Part shown: positions 26,898 through 38,559 of the stretch, piece by piece | How positions within the stretch are numbered: the first letter of the stretch is position 1 | How the letters are laid out: the number at the start of each line of letters is the position of its first letter | Source of the DNA: an uncultured bacterium | GTDB lineage: Bacteria > Krumholzibacteriota > Krumholzibacteriia > JACNKJ01 | Direction of reading: 5' to 3' | Length of the DNA: 64,000 nucleotides | NCBI GenBank assembly: GCA_963695095.1 | Contig: CAVOFT010000001.1 | Location: 2,272,001 to 2,336,000 of the forward strand | Notes under the pieces: model-generated | Told to the model about the DNA's origin: nothing | What the model saw: only the letters and a program-made list of their open reading frames with translations | Database searches by the model: none | Position numbers and translations under genes: made by a program

Positions 26898-28304
26898 TTA
26901 GTAGGCGTTCTTGCGCGTGAGCACGGCGCGCAGGGTGAGCCAGAGGATCTTGAGGTCGAAGGCCAGCGACCAGTTCTCCACGTAGAACAGGTCGTAGCGC
27001 GTGCGCTCCTCGATCGGCGTGTCCCCGCGCAGGCCGTTGACCTGGGCCCAGCCGGTGATGCCGCTCCGCACGCGGTGCCGCTCGAAGTAGCGCGGGATGC
27101 TGCGCGCGAAGTCCTCGACGAACTCGGGCCGTTCCGGGCGCGGGCCGACCAGGCTCATCGCGCCCGTGAGCACGTTCCACAGCTGCGGCAGCTCGTCGAG
27201 GCTGCTCGCGCGCAGCCAGCCGCCCAGGCGCGTGCGGCGGGCGTCGCGGGGCGTGCTCCAGGCCGCGCCCGCCTGCTCGGCATCGCGGCGCATCGTGCGG
27301 AACTTGCGGATCACGAAGCGGCGGCCGTCGCGGCCCAGGCGCACCTGGCCGTACAGAACGGGCCGGCCGTCGTCCGCGAGCACGGCCAGGGCGATCAGAC
27401 CCAAGAGTGGCAAGAGCAGGAGCAGGGCGAGCGTCGCCACCGTCAGGTCGAGGCTGCGCTTGAGCACGCGGCCCAGACCCGAGAGCGGCACGTGGCGGAA
27501 GGCCAGGAAGGGCAGGCCCTCGATCTCCAGGTGGTGCAGGCGCGTGGTCAGCAGGCCGACGAGGTCGGGTACGAGGAAGCTGTTCACGTTCAGCGCCGAC
27601 AGGCGCGAGGCCAGCTCGACGAAGCGGTCGTAGCGGGCGAAGGGCAGGGTGACCACCACCGTGTCCAGCTCGTGGCGAGCGACCAGGGCCTCGAGCTCGG
27701 CGCTCTCGCCCAGCAGGGGCAGGCCCGCCGGCGGCGCCTCGCCGTCGGCGATGAAGCCCAGGGGCCGCAGCCCGTAGCCGGGATGCTCGGCGAAGAGCCG
27801 CCAGACGGGCAGCGCCATGGGACTCGCCCCCAGCACGGCCAGGTTGAGCACGCCATGGCCGCGCGCGAAGGCCTTCCCCTGGGCGAAGCGCAGCAGGCGG
27901 CGCAGGAGGACGAGCAGCAGGAAGGCCAGCAGCGCATAGGTGAGCACGTAGCTGCGCGAAAAGCTGAAGCCCCGCCAGAAGAAGAGGAAGCTGAGCAGCA
28001 GCGCCAGGCTGAGCGCGAGGCCGCCGGCCAGCTCGCCGAGATCGCGGCGCAGATCGCCCCGGCGCCGCGCTGCGTAGTGCCCGCGCTGGTAGAAGACGGT
28101 CAGGCAGAGCAGCGCGCTCACCGCGCCCGCGAGCAGGTAGACGCGCAGCGCGGGCACGCCCAGGGGCGTCGGGAAGAGGCCGCTGGCGAAGCGCAGGGCG
28201 TAGGTGCCCAGCGCGGCACCGGCCAGGGCGGCGAGGTCGCCCGCGAAGAGCAGGCTGGGCAGGAGCATGTCGGCCTTGCGCGTGCGCAGGAGGCGCTGGC
28301 TCAT
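26898..28304 (-). CDS. Undecaprenyl-phosphate glucose phosphotransferase (WcaJ/WbaP-like priming transferase)
   Basis: N-terminal TMs, KRSLD, KFRTM, LDELPQLWNVL.G.MSLVGPRPERP, GITGWAQVNG, DLFYVENWS. Confidence 0.93.
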   Translation of the reverse strand: MSQRLLRTRKADMLLPSLLFAGDLAALAGAALGTYALRFASGLFPTPLGVPALRVYLLAGAVSALLCLTVFYQRGHYAARRRGDLRRDLGELAGGLALSLALLLSFLFFWRGFSFSRSYVLTYALLAFLLLVLLRRLLRFAQGKAFARGHGVLNLAVLGASPMALPVWRLFAEHPGYGLRPLGFIADGEAPPAGLPLLGESAELEALVARHELDTVVVTLPFARYDRFVELASRLSALNVNSFLVPDLVGLLTTRLHHLEIEGLPFLAFRHVPLSGLGRVLKRSLDLTVATLALLLLLPLLGLIALAVLADDGRPVLYGQVRLGRDGRRFVIRKFRTMRRDAEQAGAAWSTPRDARRTRLGGWLRASSLDELPQLWNVLTGAMSLVGPRPERPEFVEDFARSIPRYFERHRVRSGITGWAQVNGLRGDTPIEERTRYDLFYVENWSLAFDLKILWLTLRAVLTRKNAY

Positions 28305-29437
28305 GCCGCCCCCTCGCCGAGGAAGTCCGCCAGTTCGCGCTGCAGGCCAGCCCGGAACTGCAGCTTGCCGAAGCGCTCGGCCTGGGCGCGCGCCAGCGCC
28401 GGATCCCAGGCGCCGGCCTCCAGGCGGGAGACCGCCTCCTGCAGGCTCGCGGCGCTGCGCTCGGCGAAGAAGAGGCCCGTCTCGCCCTCGATCACCGTTT
28501 CCAGGGCGCCGCCGACGCCGAGGGCGATCACCGGCTTGCCGCAGGCCTGGGCCTCCAGGGGCGTGATGCCGAAGTCCTCCTCGCCCGGTAGGATGAAGGC
28601 GCGCGCGCCGCGGTAGAGGGCGCGCAGCGCCTCGTCGTCCTGGCGGCCGAGGAAGACGATCGCCGGGTCCCCCGCCGCCAGCGCGCGCAGGCGGGCGGCG
28701 TCCGGGCCGTCGCCGGCCAGGAGCAGGCGGCGACGGCCGCCGGCGAAGGCGGCCAGGGCCAGATCGAGGCGCTTGTAGGGCACCATCGCCGAGACGATGA
28801 AGTAGTAGTCGCCCCCCTCGGCGGCGGCGGGCAGCGCGGCGCCCGGCGGACCGGGCGTGTAGAACTCAGCGTCCACGGGGGGCGGCAGCACGCGGCAGCG
28901 CTCGGGGGCGAGCTCCCAGAAGTCGATCAGCTTGCGGCGCACGTTCTCGCTGTTGGCCAGGTAGCGCTGGGCGCGATCCGCCGTCCGCCGGTCCCAGGCG
29001 CGCAACTGTGCCATCACGCGCGGCAGGACGCTGCGGCCGATCCAGTCCCGCCGCCCGCCGAAGTAGGCCTCGTACTGATCCCAGGCATAGCGCATCGGCG
29101 CATGACAATAGCAGAGGTGCCGCGCGCCGGGACGCAGCCGCACGCCCTTGGCCACGCAGTGGCTGGACGAGAGCACGAAGTCATAGTCCGAGAGGTCCAG
29201 GCTCTCGATGGCCAGGGGGAAGAGCGGCAGGTAGTGGCGGTAGCGGTGAGCCGCGCCGGGCAGGTGCTGGATGAAGGTCGTGCGAATGGGATGGCTCTCG
29301 ATGGCCGCACTCACGCTGCCCGGCAGATGCAGCAGCGTGTAGAGCGGCGCGCCGGGAAAGGCCTCCAGGAGCAGCTCCAGCACCTTCTCGCCGCCCCGCA
29401 TCCCCGTCAGCCAATCGTGGACGAGGGCCACCCGCAT
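28301..29437 (-). CDS. GT4-family glycosyltransferase
   Basis: MRVALVHDWLTGMRGGE, YCHAPMRYAWD, EDFGITPLEAQACG.PV. Confidence 0.92.
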   Translation of the reverse strand: MRVALVHDWLTGMRGGEKVLELLLEAFPGAPLYTLLHLPGSVSAAIESHPIRTTFIQHLPGAAHRYRHYLPLFPLAIESLDLSDYDFVLSSSHCVAKGVRLRPGARHLCYCHAPMRYAWDQYEAYFGGRRDWIGRSVLPRVMAQLRAWDRRTADRAQRYLANSENVRRKLIDFWELAPERCRVLPPPVDAEFYTPGPPGAALPAAAEGGDYYFIVSAMVPYKRLDLALAAFAGGRRRLLLAGDGPDAARLRALAAGDPAIVFLGRQDDEALRALYRGARAFILPGEEDFGITPLEAQACGKPVIALGVGGALETVIEGETGLFFAERSAASLQEAVSRLEAGAWDPALARAQAERFGKLQFRAGLQRELADFLGEGAA

Positions 29438-29441
29438 GGCG

Positions 29442-30042
29442 CTAGGCCCCACCGGCGAGCGGCGTGGGCGGCAGCTGGCGATCCACCAGCTTGCAGAGCA
29501 GATGGCCGATGGTGATGTGCGCCTCCTGGATCCACTGCGTGTCGTCGGCGGGCACGATGATGGCCTGGTCGCAGAGCGCCGCCAAGGGGCCGCCGCCCTT
29601 GCCGAGCAGGCCGATGACCGGCACGCCCTTGCGCGCGCGCGGCCTCGGCGGCGCGCAGCAGGTTCGGGCTCTTGCCGCTGGTCGAGATCAGCAGCAGCAG
29701 GTCCCGCGGCGCCACGAAGCCCGTCACCTGGCGCGCGAAGATCTCGGCGAAGCCGTAGTCGTTGCCCACCGAGCTCAGCGTGGAGCTGTTGGCGCCCAGC
29801 GTGTGCACGGCCCGGGCCGGCCGCTCGCTCTCCAAGCGCCCCTCCATTTCGGCAGCGATGTGCTGGGCATCGGCGGCGCTGCCGCCGTTGCCGGCCAGCC
29901 AGACGCTGCCGCCGGCCGCGAGCACCTCGGCGATGCGCGTCGCCGCGGCGGCGATCGCCTCGCTGAGGACCTCGAGCCGGGCGAAGAGCTCGCGGTGGCC
30001 GGCCAGATGGCCGGCAATGAGCGCTTTCATTTCGCCAGCCAT
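29442..30042 (-). pseudogene. gmhA: D-sedoheptulose-7-phosphate isomerase, frameshifted near 29631-29640
   Basis: GNGGSAADAQH, NDYGF..IFARQV and ISTSGKS in one frame; IQEAHITIGH in another; shift lies in a (GC)5 run. Confidence 0.85.
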
Positions 30043-30878
30043 CCCATCTCCTCCAGGTAGCGGCCGAGGGCGTCTTTCCAGCTCGGCATCTCCCGCCCGC
30101 GCAGGGCGGCCAGGCGCCCGCCGCCCAGGCGGCTGTTGGCCGGCCGCGGGGCGGGCCGGGGATACTCCGCCGTCGTGCAGGGATTCACCTGGGCGGGGTC
30201 GCGACCCAGCCCCGCCGCGATGGCCCGGGCGAAGCCGAACCAGGTGGTGGCGCCCGCGTTGCAGCCATGGTAGAGGCCCTCGCCGCGGGCTTCGGCGACA
30301 TCGAGGATGGCCGCCGCCGCATCGCGAGTATAGGTCGGCGAGCCCACTTGATCGTCCACCACCTTCAGCGCGCGGCCCTCCTTGAGCAGACCCGCGATCG
30401 TCGCCACGAAGTTCTTGCCCTGGGGACCGAAGGACCAGGACAGGCGCAGCACGCTGCCGCCGGCCGCGCGCACGCGCTGCTCGCCGAGCAGCTTCGAGCG
30501 CCCGTAGGCGCTGGTCGGGGCTGGCGGATCATCCTCCAGGTAGGGCTCGGCCTTGCGACCGTCGAAGACGTAGTCCGTGCTCACGAAAAGACAGTAGGCC
30601 CCCGCGCGCCCCGCGGCCTGGGCGATGGCCCCGCTCGCCTCGCCGTTGATGGCCAGCGCCAGGGCCTCCTGGCTCTCGCAGGCATCGACGTCGGTGAAGG
30701 CCGCCCCGTGCACGACGACTTCGGGCCGCGCCGCCGCCACCTGCTGGGCCGCCGCCTCGGGGCGGCCGAGCTCGAAGCCGGGCTGGTCCAGGCCCGTCAC
30801 CGCGTGGCCGCGGCGGCGGGCCTCCTCCACCAGGCGACCGCCCAGCATGCCCTCGGCCCCCGTGATGACGACACGCAT
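30027..30878 (-). CDS. rfbD: dTDP-4-dehydrorhamnose reductase
   Basis: ITGAEGMLG, AAFTDVD..E, STDYVFDG, YGRSK, VVDDQVGSPT, APRP.NS.L. Confidence 0.94.
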   Translation of the reverse strand: MRVVITGAEGMLGGRLVEEARRRGHAVTGLDQPGFELGRPEAAAQQVAAARPEVVVHGAAFTDVDACESQEALALAINGEASGAIAQAAGRAGAYCLFVSTDYVFDGRKAEPYLEDDPPAPTSAYGRSKLLGEQRVRAAGGSVLRLSWSFGPQGKNFVATIAGLLKEGRALKVVDDQVGSPTYTRDAAAAILDVAEARGEGLYHGCNAGATTWFGFARAIAAGLGRDPAQVNPCTTAEYPRPAPRPANSRLGGGRLAALRGREMPSWKDALGRYLEEMGWLAK

Positions 30879-32308
30879 CACTTGGCCAGGGCGTTGATCG
30901 CCAGGATCAGACCGCTCACGGAAACCGCCGTCAGCAGCACGCTGGAGAAGATCGCCAGGTTCGAGCGACCCACGACGAGCACATCGTCGCGGTGCAGGTG
31001 ATCCGTGCGGCGCACCGAGCGGCTGACGCCGCTCGCATCGACGACGTGGATCTTGCCCTCGCTGCCGCCGTCGCTGACGCCGCCGGCCATCGCCAGGTAC
31101 TGGCCCACTGTCCAGGACGGCACGTAGCGAAGCGGCCCCGGCTCGCGCACCTCGCCGAGCACGAAGACCTCGCCGCTGCGGCGGGGCACGTAGAGCACGT
31201 CGTCGTGAGCGATGGGCAGGTCGACCGGCCCCTCCCCGCGCAGGACCTCGCGCAGGTCGAAGCGAAAGAAACGGCTGCGATCGGTGCCGCGGCGCTCGAG
31301 GGTCGCCTGCTCGGGCAGGGCGCTGCCGCGCATGTCGCCGAGGCGGCGCACTAGGTCGCCCAGGGTCTCGTCCGGGCTGAGATAGACCTCGCCCAGCCGC
31401 TCGCCGGCGCCCTCCAGGAAGACGCGCTTCATCAATGGCCGGCGGCTGGCCACCACGATCGCATCGCCCGGGCGCAGCGGCGTTGCTCCCGCATCCGGCC
31501 CCAGCTGCCGGGTCTTCGCCTCGCCCTCGGCCCGCTCGAGCAGGATCGAGCCCGGCAGAGCGTCCTGCGTGAGGCCGCCCGCATAGCCGAGCAGATCCGC
31601 CAGGGTCTCGCCCGCCGACCATTCGTAGGTGCCGGGCCGGCTCACGGCGCCGATCACCTGCACCGTGTCTGAGCGCAGGGGCACGAAGACGACGACGCCG
31701 GCCGGGCAATAGGGATTGGCATCCCAGTCGCCGGCCAGCTGGAAGGGATACAGGTCGAGCTGGGTCACCTGCACCCCGGCGCGATACTCCACGAAGCGCC
31801 GGCTGCCGCGCGCCGTCGGTCCCCCGGCCAGGGCGATGGCCCTGCTCACCCGGTCGCTGGCCATCAGGCGCACGGCCCCCGGCCGCGCCACCTCGCCCTG
31901 GACCTGGACCTCGAGCTGGCGCGGCGCCGTGAGCAGCAGGCGCACCGTCACCGCCGGCATGTGCCGGTGCAGGGCGCGGGCCACCGCCGCTTCCGCCTCG
32001 CGCAGGCTGAGGCCGGCCACCGGCTCACGCAGCCCGCCCTCCCACTCGAGGATCCCCTCGGGCAGCACCGTCAGCGCGAGCCGGCGCAGGCTCTTGCCCT
32101 CGACGAGGACGAGCACCTGATCGCCGGGCCCCAGGCGGTAGCGATCCGGGTCGAGGCTCTGGTCCAGGGCCCAATCCGCGGCGGGCGCGGGCTGGGCGAG
32201 CGCTGGGCTCCCGGCCCCTAGGCCGGGGGGCAGGGGCTGGGCCGCGGCCGGCCTGCCGCACAGGAAGACCATCGCCCAGAGCAGACCCGGCAGGATCCTG
32301 CGCAACAT
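30878..32308 (-). CDS. SLBB-domain polysaccharide export protein (Wza/KpsD-like)
   Basis: Signal peptide, YRLGPGD, repeated V.V.GEV..PG...AGG SLBB units, C-terminal hydrophobic helix. Confidence 0.85.
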   Translation of the reverse strand: MLRRILPGLLWAMVFLCGRPAAAQPLPPGLGAGSPALAQPAPAADWALDQSLDPDRYRLGPGDQVLVLVEGKSLRRLALTVLPEGILEWEGGLREPVAGLSLREAEAAVARALHRHMPAVTVRLLLTAPRQLEVQVQGEVARPGAVRLMASDRVSRAIALAGGPTARGSRRFVEYRAGVQVTQLDLYPFQLAGDWDANPYCPAGVVVFVPLRSDTVQVIGAVSRPGTYEWSAGETLADLLGYAGGLTQDALPGSILLERAEGEAKTRQLGPDAGATPLRPGDAIVVASRRPLMKRVFLEGAGERLGEVYLSPDETLGDLVRRLGDMRGSALPEQATLERRGTDRSRFFRFDLREVLRGEGPVDLPIAHDDVLYVPRRSGEVFVLGEVREPGPLRYVPSWTVGQYLAMAGGVSDGGSEGKIHVVDASGVSRSVRRTDHLHRDDVLVVGRSNLAIFSSVLLTAVSVSGLILAINALAK

Positions 32309-32310
32309 CC

Positions 32311-34992
32311 TCACTCCTCTCCGGCCGCTGCCTGCGCCAGGGCCTCGCCCAGGCGCTCCAGCACCGCCGTGAATTGCTCCGGGCCGTTCAGTCCGGCCTG
32401 GGCCAGGGTGGCGCTGCCGCCGCCCCGGCTGCCCAGCGCCTTGGCCACCGCTTCGGTCAGGCGACCGGCGTGCAGACCCCGCCCGAGCAGGGCATCGGGA
32501 ACCAGGATGACGAAGGAGCTCTTGCCGCCGGCCTCGGCCAGCAGCACGGCGAGCGCCCCGTCGAGCTTGCCGCGCAGGGAGTCGGCCAGGCTGCGGATCT
32601 CCTTGGGCTGCTCCGCGCTCAGCTCGCCGCTGAGCAGCGCGATGCCGCCGAAGACGCCCGCCGGCCTGAGCAGTTCCTCGCTGCGGGCGGCGGCCTGCGC
32701 CGAGCGCAGGGCCGCCAGCTCGCGGCGCAGCTTCTGCCGCTCCTCGAGCAGCTCGCCGACGCCGGCCTCGAGCTGTTCCTCGGCGAGATGCAGCTTCTGC
32801 GTCAGCGCGCCGAGCTGGCGCCGGCCGCGGCTCACGGTGCGCTGGGCGGCCAGGCCGGTCATCGCCTCGATGCGCCTCACCCCGCTGGCCACGCTGCCCT
32901 CGGCCGTGATCAGGAGCTGGCCGATGGCGCCGCTGGCCGCCAGGTGCGTGCCGCCGCAAAGCTCCAGCGAAACCTCGCCGACGCTGATCACGCGCACCTC
33001 GTCGCCGTACTTCTCGCCGAAGAGGGCCATGGCGCCGCGGGCCATGGCCTCCGCCACCGGCAGCGTCTCGTGCCGCACGGGGAGGTTGGCGAGAATCCAC
33101 TCGGTCACCTGGGCTTCCACGGCCGCCAGTTCCTCGGCGTGCAGGCCGCGGTAGTGGTTGAAGTCGAAGCGGAAGCCGTCGGGTCCCACCCAGCTGCCGG
33201 CCTGCGTCGCCTCCTCGCCGATGACGCGATGGAGCGCAGCGTGGAGCAGGTGGGTGGCCGTGTGCGCCCGGGCGATCGCCTGGCGCCGGGCCCCATCCAC
33301 CCGCGCCTCCAGCGGCAGGGCGCTGAGCTCGGCGATGAAGGCCTCGCGCGTCAGCTCGGCGGGCAGCTGCACGCGGTGGCAGAGCCGGCTGCCGCGCCGG
33401 ACGACATCGAGCACCGGCAGTTCGCGGCCGCCGAGGGCGAGCAGACCGCCGTCGGCGATCTGGCCGCCGCCCGTGGCGTAGAAGGGACTCGTCTCGAGCA
33501 CCAGTTCCAGTTCCTCGGCTGCGGGCTCGGCGCTCGCGGCCCTCGTCAGCGGGCGCCACTCGAGGGCCCGCGTGCGCTCGCTCAGGCGCTCGTAGCCCGT
33601 GAAGCGCGAAGCGCCCGGGGTCGGTACGAGGGGCAGGTAGCGCCCCTCCTCGGTGCCGGGATCGGGTCCGGCAAAGGCGCTGGCGGCCTGCGATTTCTCG
33701 CGATCGGCAGCCAGGGCGGCGCGGTAGCCCGCCTCGTCGACGGCCAGGCCCTCGTCGGCGGCCATCTCGCGGGTCATCTCCCAGGGGATGCCGTAGGTGC
33801 TGTAGAGGCGAAAGACCTCCTCGCCGGGCAGCACCTTCACCCCCGCGGCCTTGACGGAATCCACGAGCTCGCGGTAGCGGCCCACGCCCTGTTCGAGCGT
33901 GCGCAGGAAGCGCTCCTCCTCTGCCTTCACCGCCAGCGCGCTGCGCTCGGCCCGCTCGCGCAGCTCCGGGTGCGCGGCGCCGAGCTCGTCGGCGACGAGG
34001 CCGAGCACGCGATAGAGCAGGGGCTCGTGCACGTCCAGCGTGCGCAGGGCCATCATCGCCCGGCGCAGCAGGCGGCGCAGCACGTAGCCGCGGCCGACAT
34101 TGGACGGCACCAGCCCTTCGCCGAGCGTGAAGGCGAGGGCCCGCGCATGATCGGCCACGCGGCGCAGGGCGACCAGGGCCTCGCCCGTCTCGGGACCCGC
34201 ATAGCCGGCGAGCTCGCGGATCCCGTCCATGAGGGGCCGGAACAGATCGGTCTCGAAGACATTCGTCTTGTCCTGGAGCATGACGCACATGCGCTCGAGC
34301 CCGGCGCCCATGTCGATGCCGCGATTGGGCAGGGGCGGCCGGCTGCCGTCCTCCTGCTGATCGAACTGCGGGAAGACCGCGTTCCAGACCTCGATGTAGC
34401 GATCGTCGCGCCCCGGACCGCCGCCGATCTCGCCGCCGGCCGCCGCGGGCCCGAGATCCCAGTAGACCTCGCTGCTGGGGCCGCAGGCGCCCGTTGTGCC
34501 GGCCGGCCCCCAGAAGTTGTCCTTGGCGCCCAGGCGCACGATGCGCGCGGCGGGGAAACCCACCCTCCGCCAGCACTCCGCGGCCTCGTCGTCCTCCTCG
34601 AACACGGAGACCCAGAGACGCTCTCCATCCACACCCAGGGTGCGCGTGAAGAACTCCCAGGCATAGGCGATGGCCTCGGCCTTGAAGTAGTCGCCGAAGC
34701 TGAAGTGCCCGAGCATCTCGAAGAAGGTGAGATGGCGCGGGCTGCGGCCCACGTTCTCCAGGTCGCTGTCCTTGCCCCCCGCCCGGAGGCACTTCTGTAT
34801 CGAGATCGCGCGGCGATAGGGCAGCTCGCCCGTCGTCGAGTAGAGCGACTTGAACTGGACCATGCCCGCGGTGGTGAACAGCAGGCTGGGATCGTCGCGG
34901 GGCACGAGGCTGGCGCTGGGCACCAGCACATGATCGCGGGCGAGGAAGAAATCCAGGTAGACCCGGCGCAGTTCGCTGTGGCTCGTTGTCAT
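32311..34992 (-). CDS. alaS: Alanine--tRNA ligase
   Basis: DPSLLFTTAGM.QFK, HLTFFEMLG, DNFW, D.GAGLER, GYVLRRLLRR, HTATHLL, ELCGGTH. Confidence 0.97.
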   Translation of the reverse strand: MTTSHSELRRVYLDFFLARDHVLVPSASLVPRDDPSLLFTTAGMVQFKSLYSTTGELPYRRAISIQKCLRAGGKDSDLENVGRSPRHLTFFEMLGHFSFGDYFKAEAIAYAWEFFTRTLGVDGERLWVSVFEEDDEAAECWRRVGFPAARIVRLGAKDNFWGPAGTTGACGPSSEVYWDLGPAAAGGEIGGGPGRDDRYIEVWNAVFPQFDQQEDGSRPPLPNRGIDMGAGLERMCVMLQDKTNVFETDLFRPLMDGIRELAGYAGPETGEALVALRRVADHARALAFTLGEGLVPSNVGRGYVLRRLLRRAMMALRTLDVHEPLLYRVLGLVADELGAAHPELRERAERSALAVKAEEERFLRTLEQGVGRYRELVDSVKAAGVKVLPGEEVFRLYSTYGIPWEMTREMAADEGLAVDEAGYRAALAADREKSQAASAFAGPDPGTEEGRYLPLVPTPGASRFTGYERLSERTRALEWRPLTRAASAEPAAEELELVLETSPFYATGGGQIADGGLLALGGRELPVLDVVRRGSRLCHRVQLPAELTREAFIAELSALPLEARVDGARRQAIARAHTATHLLHAALHRVIGEEATQAGSWVGPDGFRFDFNHYRGLHAEELAAVEAQVTEWILANLPVRHETLPVAEAMARGAMALFGEKYGDEVRVISVGEVSLELCGGTHLAASGAIGQLLITAEGSVASGVRRIEAMTGLAAQRTVSRGRRQLGALTQKLHLAEEQLEAGVGELLEERQKLRRELAALRSAQAAARSEELLRPAGVFGGIALLSGELSAEQPKEIRSLADSLRGKLDGALAVLLAEAGGKSSFVILVPDALLGRGLHAGRLTEAVAKALGSRGGGSATLAQAGLNGPEQFTAVLERLGEALAQAAAGEE

Positions 34993-34997
34993 CGCAT

Positions 34998-35545
34998 TCA
35001 GCCGTCCTCAAGCCCGTCTAGCCAGTCAGCGTCGGAGGCCTCGCCCGCGGCGAGCTCCGCTTCGTCGTCCGGCGCCGCGGCGAGCTCGCAGGCCTCGCCG
35101 AGCCGGCGGCGCACGGCGGCGCTGAAGCCGCGGCGCGCCAGCAGATCATGCAGGCGCCGCCGGCGCCGAGCAGGTGCCAGGCCGGCCAGTGCCGGCCAGC
35201 GCCGGGCAAGCAGCGCCTCGGCCAGCTCGAGCTGTCGCTCCTGCCCGGCCCGAGCGGCGATGGCCGCTTCCCCGGCGGCGGCGGGGATCCCCCGCCGCGC
35301 CAGGCGCTCGCGCAGGCGCAGCGGACCCGAGGGATCGTGTCGATCATGCCAATCGCAGAGGCGCTCGGCGAGAGCCGCATCGTTCACCAGTCCGCGCGCG
35401 CGCAGCGCCGTCAACACGGCCTCGGCCTCCGCCGCCGGCACGCCCCAGCGGCTCAGGCGCTCGCGGATCTCCTGCTCGCTGCGATCGCGAGCGGCAAGCC
35501 AGCGAAGCACGCGCGCCAGGGCGCTGGCCGGAGCCGGTGACGGCA

Positions 35546-35546
<1 letters not shown>
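34998..35546 (-). CDS. recX: Regulatory protein RecX
   Basis: RDRSEQEIRERL, GLVND..LA, L.RRGI, LARRGF; immediately after recA. Confidence 0.88.
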
Positions 35547-36712
<1,166 letters not shown>

Positions 36713-36774
36713 GATGTTCTCTTCCGTTATGGGGTGCAGCTAGCCCCCGACCAGACGGCCCATCTTCCGGCGCG

Positions 36775-36803
36775 AAGGTATCACCGGCGGCAGGGGCCGT
36801 CAA
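36775..36803 (-). promoter_or_regulatory. Sigma70-type promoter of recA
   Basis: TTGACG-N17-TACCTT with TG extension. Confidence 0.6.
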
Positions 36804-36977
36804 ACAAGTCTTGGCAGCCCGGCGCCTGGCCGGACCGACGGTTGCTGCAGGGAAAGTGCCCGTCCGCGGCGCGCCTAGTGCTCTGCCGCTGCGGCAGATC
36901 GGCAGCGGCGGCCACGCCGGCTGACAACCGGGAGTGGCAGCGGCGCGCGCCGGCGTGAAGGGCGGCGACGCCACGCG

Positions 36978-38559
36978 CTAGGGCGCGGCCGGTCCCTCGC
37001 GGGCGATGCCGGCGGGCAGCGCCCGCGCGAAGGCGGACAGCGCCGCGACGAAGCCAGCGCTGTCCGCCGGCGCACAGGCGTAGACCGCCACCTGCGGCCG
37101 CGAGCAGACCACGTTGTGCGGAATCGTCCACGCGAGCAGGCGCGGCCAGGAGGCCGGAATCGCGGCCCCGAAGAGCTCCGGGTGGAGAATGGCCACGCGC
37201 GCGCCGCGCCGCGCGGCCTCGGCGGCGAGCAGCGCAGCGCTCGAGCCGACCCTCGCGCCGGGCGCGGGCGAAGAGCGGATCGGCCAGGCCAAGCGGGTCC
37301 ACGCAGCGCACGCGAGCGAAGTAGCTCACGGCGCCCACGTCGTCCACCACCACCGTCTCGCCGGCGTGCCGCTCCGCGAGGTAGCGCGCCATCTGGAGCT
37401 GCTGGCCATGGATGTTCGCCATCGCCAGCGGCACGCGGTTGAGGGCGACCGCGCCGCGCAGGCCCAGGGCCGCGGCGAGCAGCAGAGCCGTCACCGGCAG
37501 CAGCCGCAGACGCGGCCAGAGCGGCCAGGGTGGCCAGAGGCCCGGCAGGGTCGCGGCCACGGCCAGCGCCAGGATCACGAGCCAGCTCTCGTAGCGGAAG
37601 AACCAGCCCACGCCGCCCAGCGCGTACTGCAGCAGCAGCGCGGGGAGCAGCAAAGCCAGGGCAGCGCACTGCTCGGCGTCCAGACCCAGTGCCCTGCGGC
37701 GCCGCCAGAGGAGGGTGCCCGCCGCGATGAGCAGGATGAGGTGCAGGCTGAAGGGACTCAGGGGCTGCCGGAGCTGGCGCCAGAGCGGGAGCCCCAGCGA
37801 GCTCAGCCAGGCCAGGGGCGAGCCGAGGTCCATGCCGCGGCCCTTGACGAGGAGGGGATCCGGCAGCCAGAGCCCCCCCGCCCGCAGTGAAAAACCCGCG
37901 TAGAGTGCCAGTGGCGCCAGGCCGGCCGCCGCGAGCAGCAATGCCGCGCGCCAGCTGCGCCGGCGAAGCAGGAGAAGCGAGGCAGGAGCGATCAGGAAGA
38001 GCCCCTCGGGTCGCGCCGCCGTGAGCAGCGCGCTGAGTCCCAGCAAACCCGGGCGCAGCGCGCCGCCTGCCGCCAGCAGGGACAGCGCACTTTCCAGCCA
38101 GAGCAGGGCGATGGCCGCGTGCAGGAGATGCTCCATGCCGGCCAGCGTCAGGCTGGGCAGGGGCGCCAGAAGCACGATCGCCGCCAGCGCAGCGGCGCGC
38201 CGCTCATCGCTGCAAGCGCGCCGGGCGAGGAAGCGGTTCACAAGCGCAAGCAGCAGCACGGCAGCGAGCACGTTGAGCGCGAAGGGCAGCAGCGTGCCCC
38301 AGCCGGGCGCGGGCCGCCCCAGTGCGAGCAGCAGCACCCAGAGCGGCGAGGAGGAGACGCCGTCGAAGTGCCCCGGCGTCAAACCCCAGTCGCCGCTCGC
38401 GGCCAGCGTGCGCGCGAGCGCGAGGTGGATGTAGGGATCGTCCAGGGCATAGGCCCAGTGCCCACCCGTGCGCGCCAGGCCCAGCGCCACGAGCAGGGCC
38501 GTGAGCAGCAGGTAGAGCGCGAGCGCGACGGCGAAGGGTCGGCGCGCCACTGCCCTCAC
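36978..38559 (-). pseudogene. GT-C-fold membrane glycosyltransferase-like protein, +1 frameshift near 37242
   Basis: LDDPYIH, GVSSSPLW, GME, RPEG, many TMs, DVGAVSYF, DPLGLAD; the C-terminus (AALLAAEAARRGARVAIL...HNVVC) continues in the 36978..37292 frame. Confidence 0.65.

Noticed and set aside
30878..35011. 1377-aa ORF overlapping alaS
   Set aside because: Only the last ~476 aa (from ATG 32308) is the SLBB protein; the rest is an off-frame read of alaS. Similar spurious 5' extensions affect ispE, rfbD, amrS, pyk and the 57009 gene.
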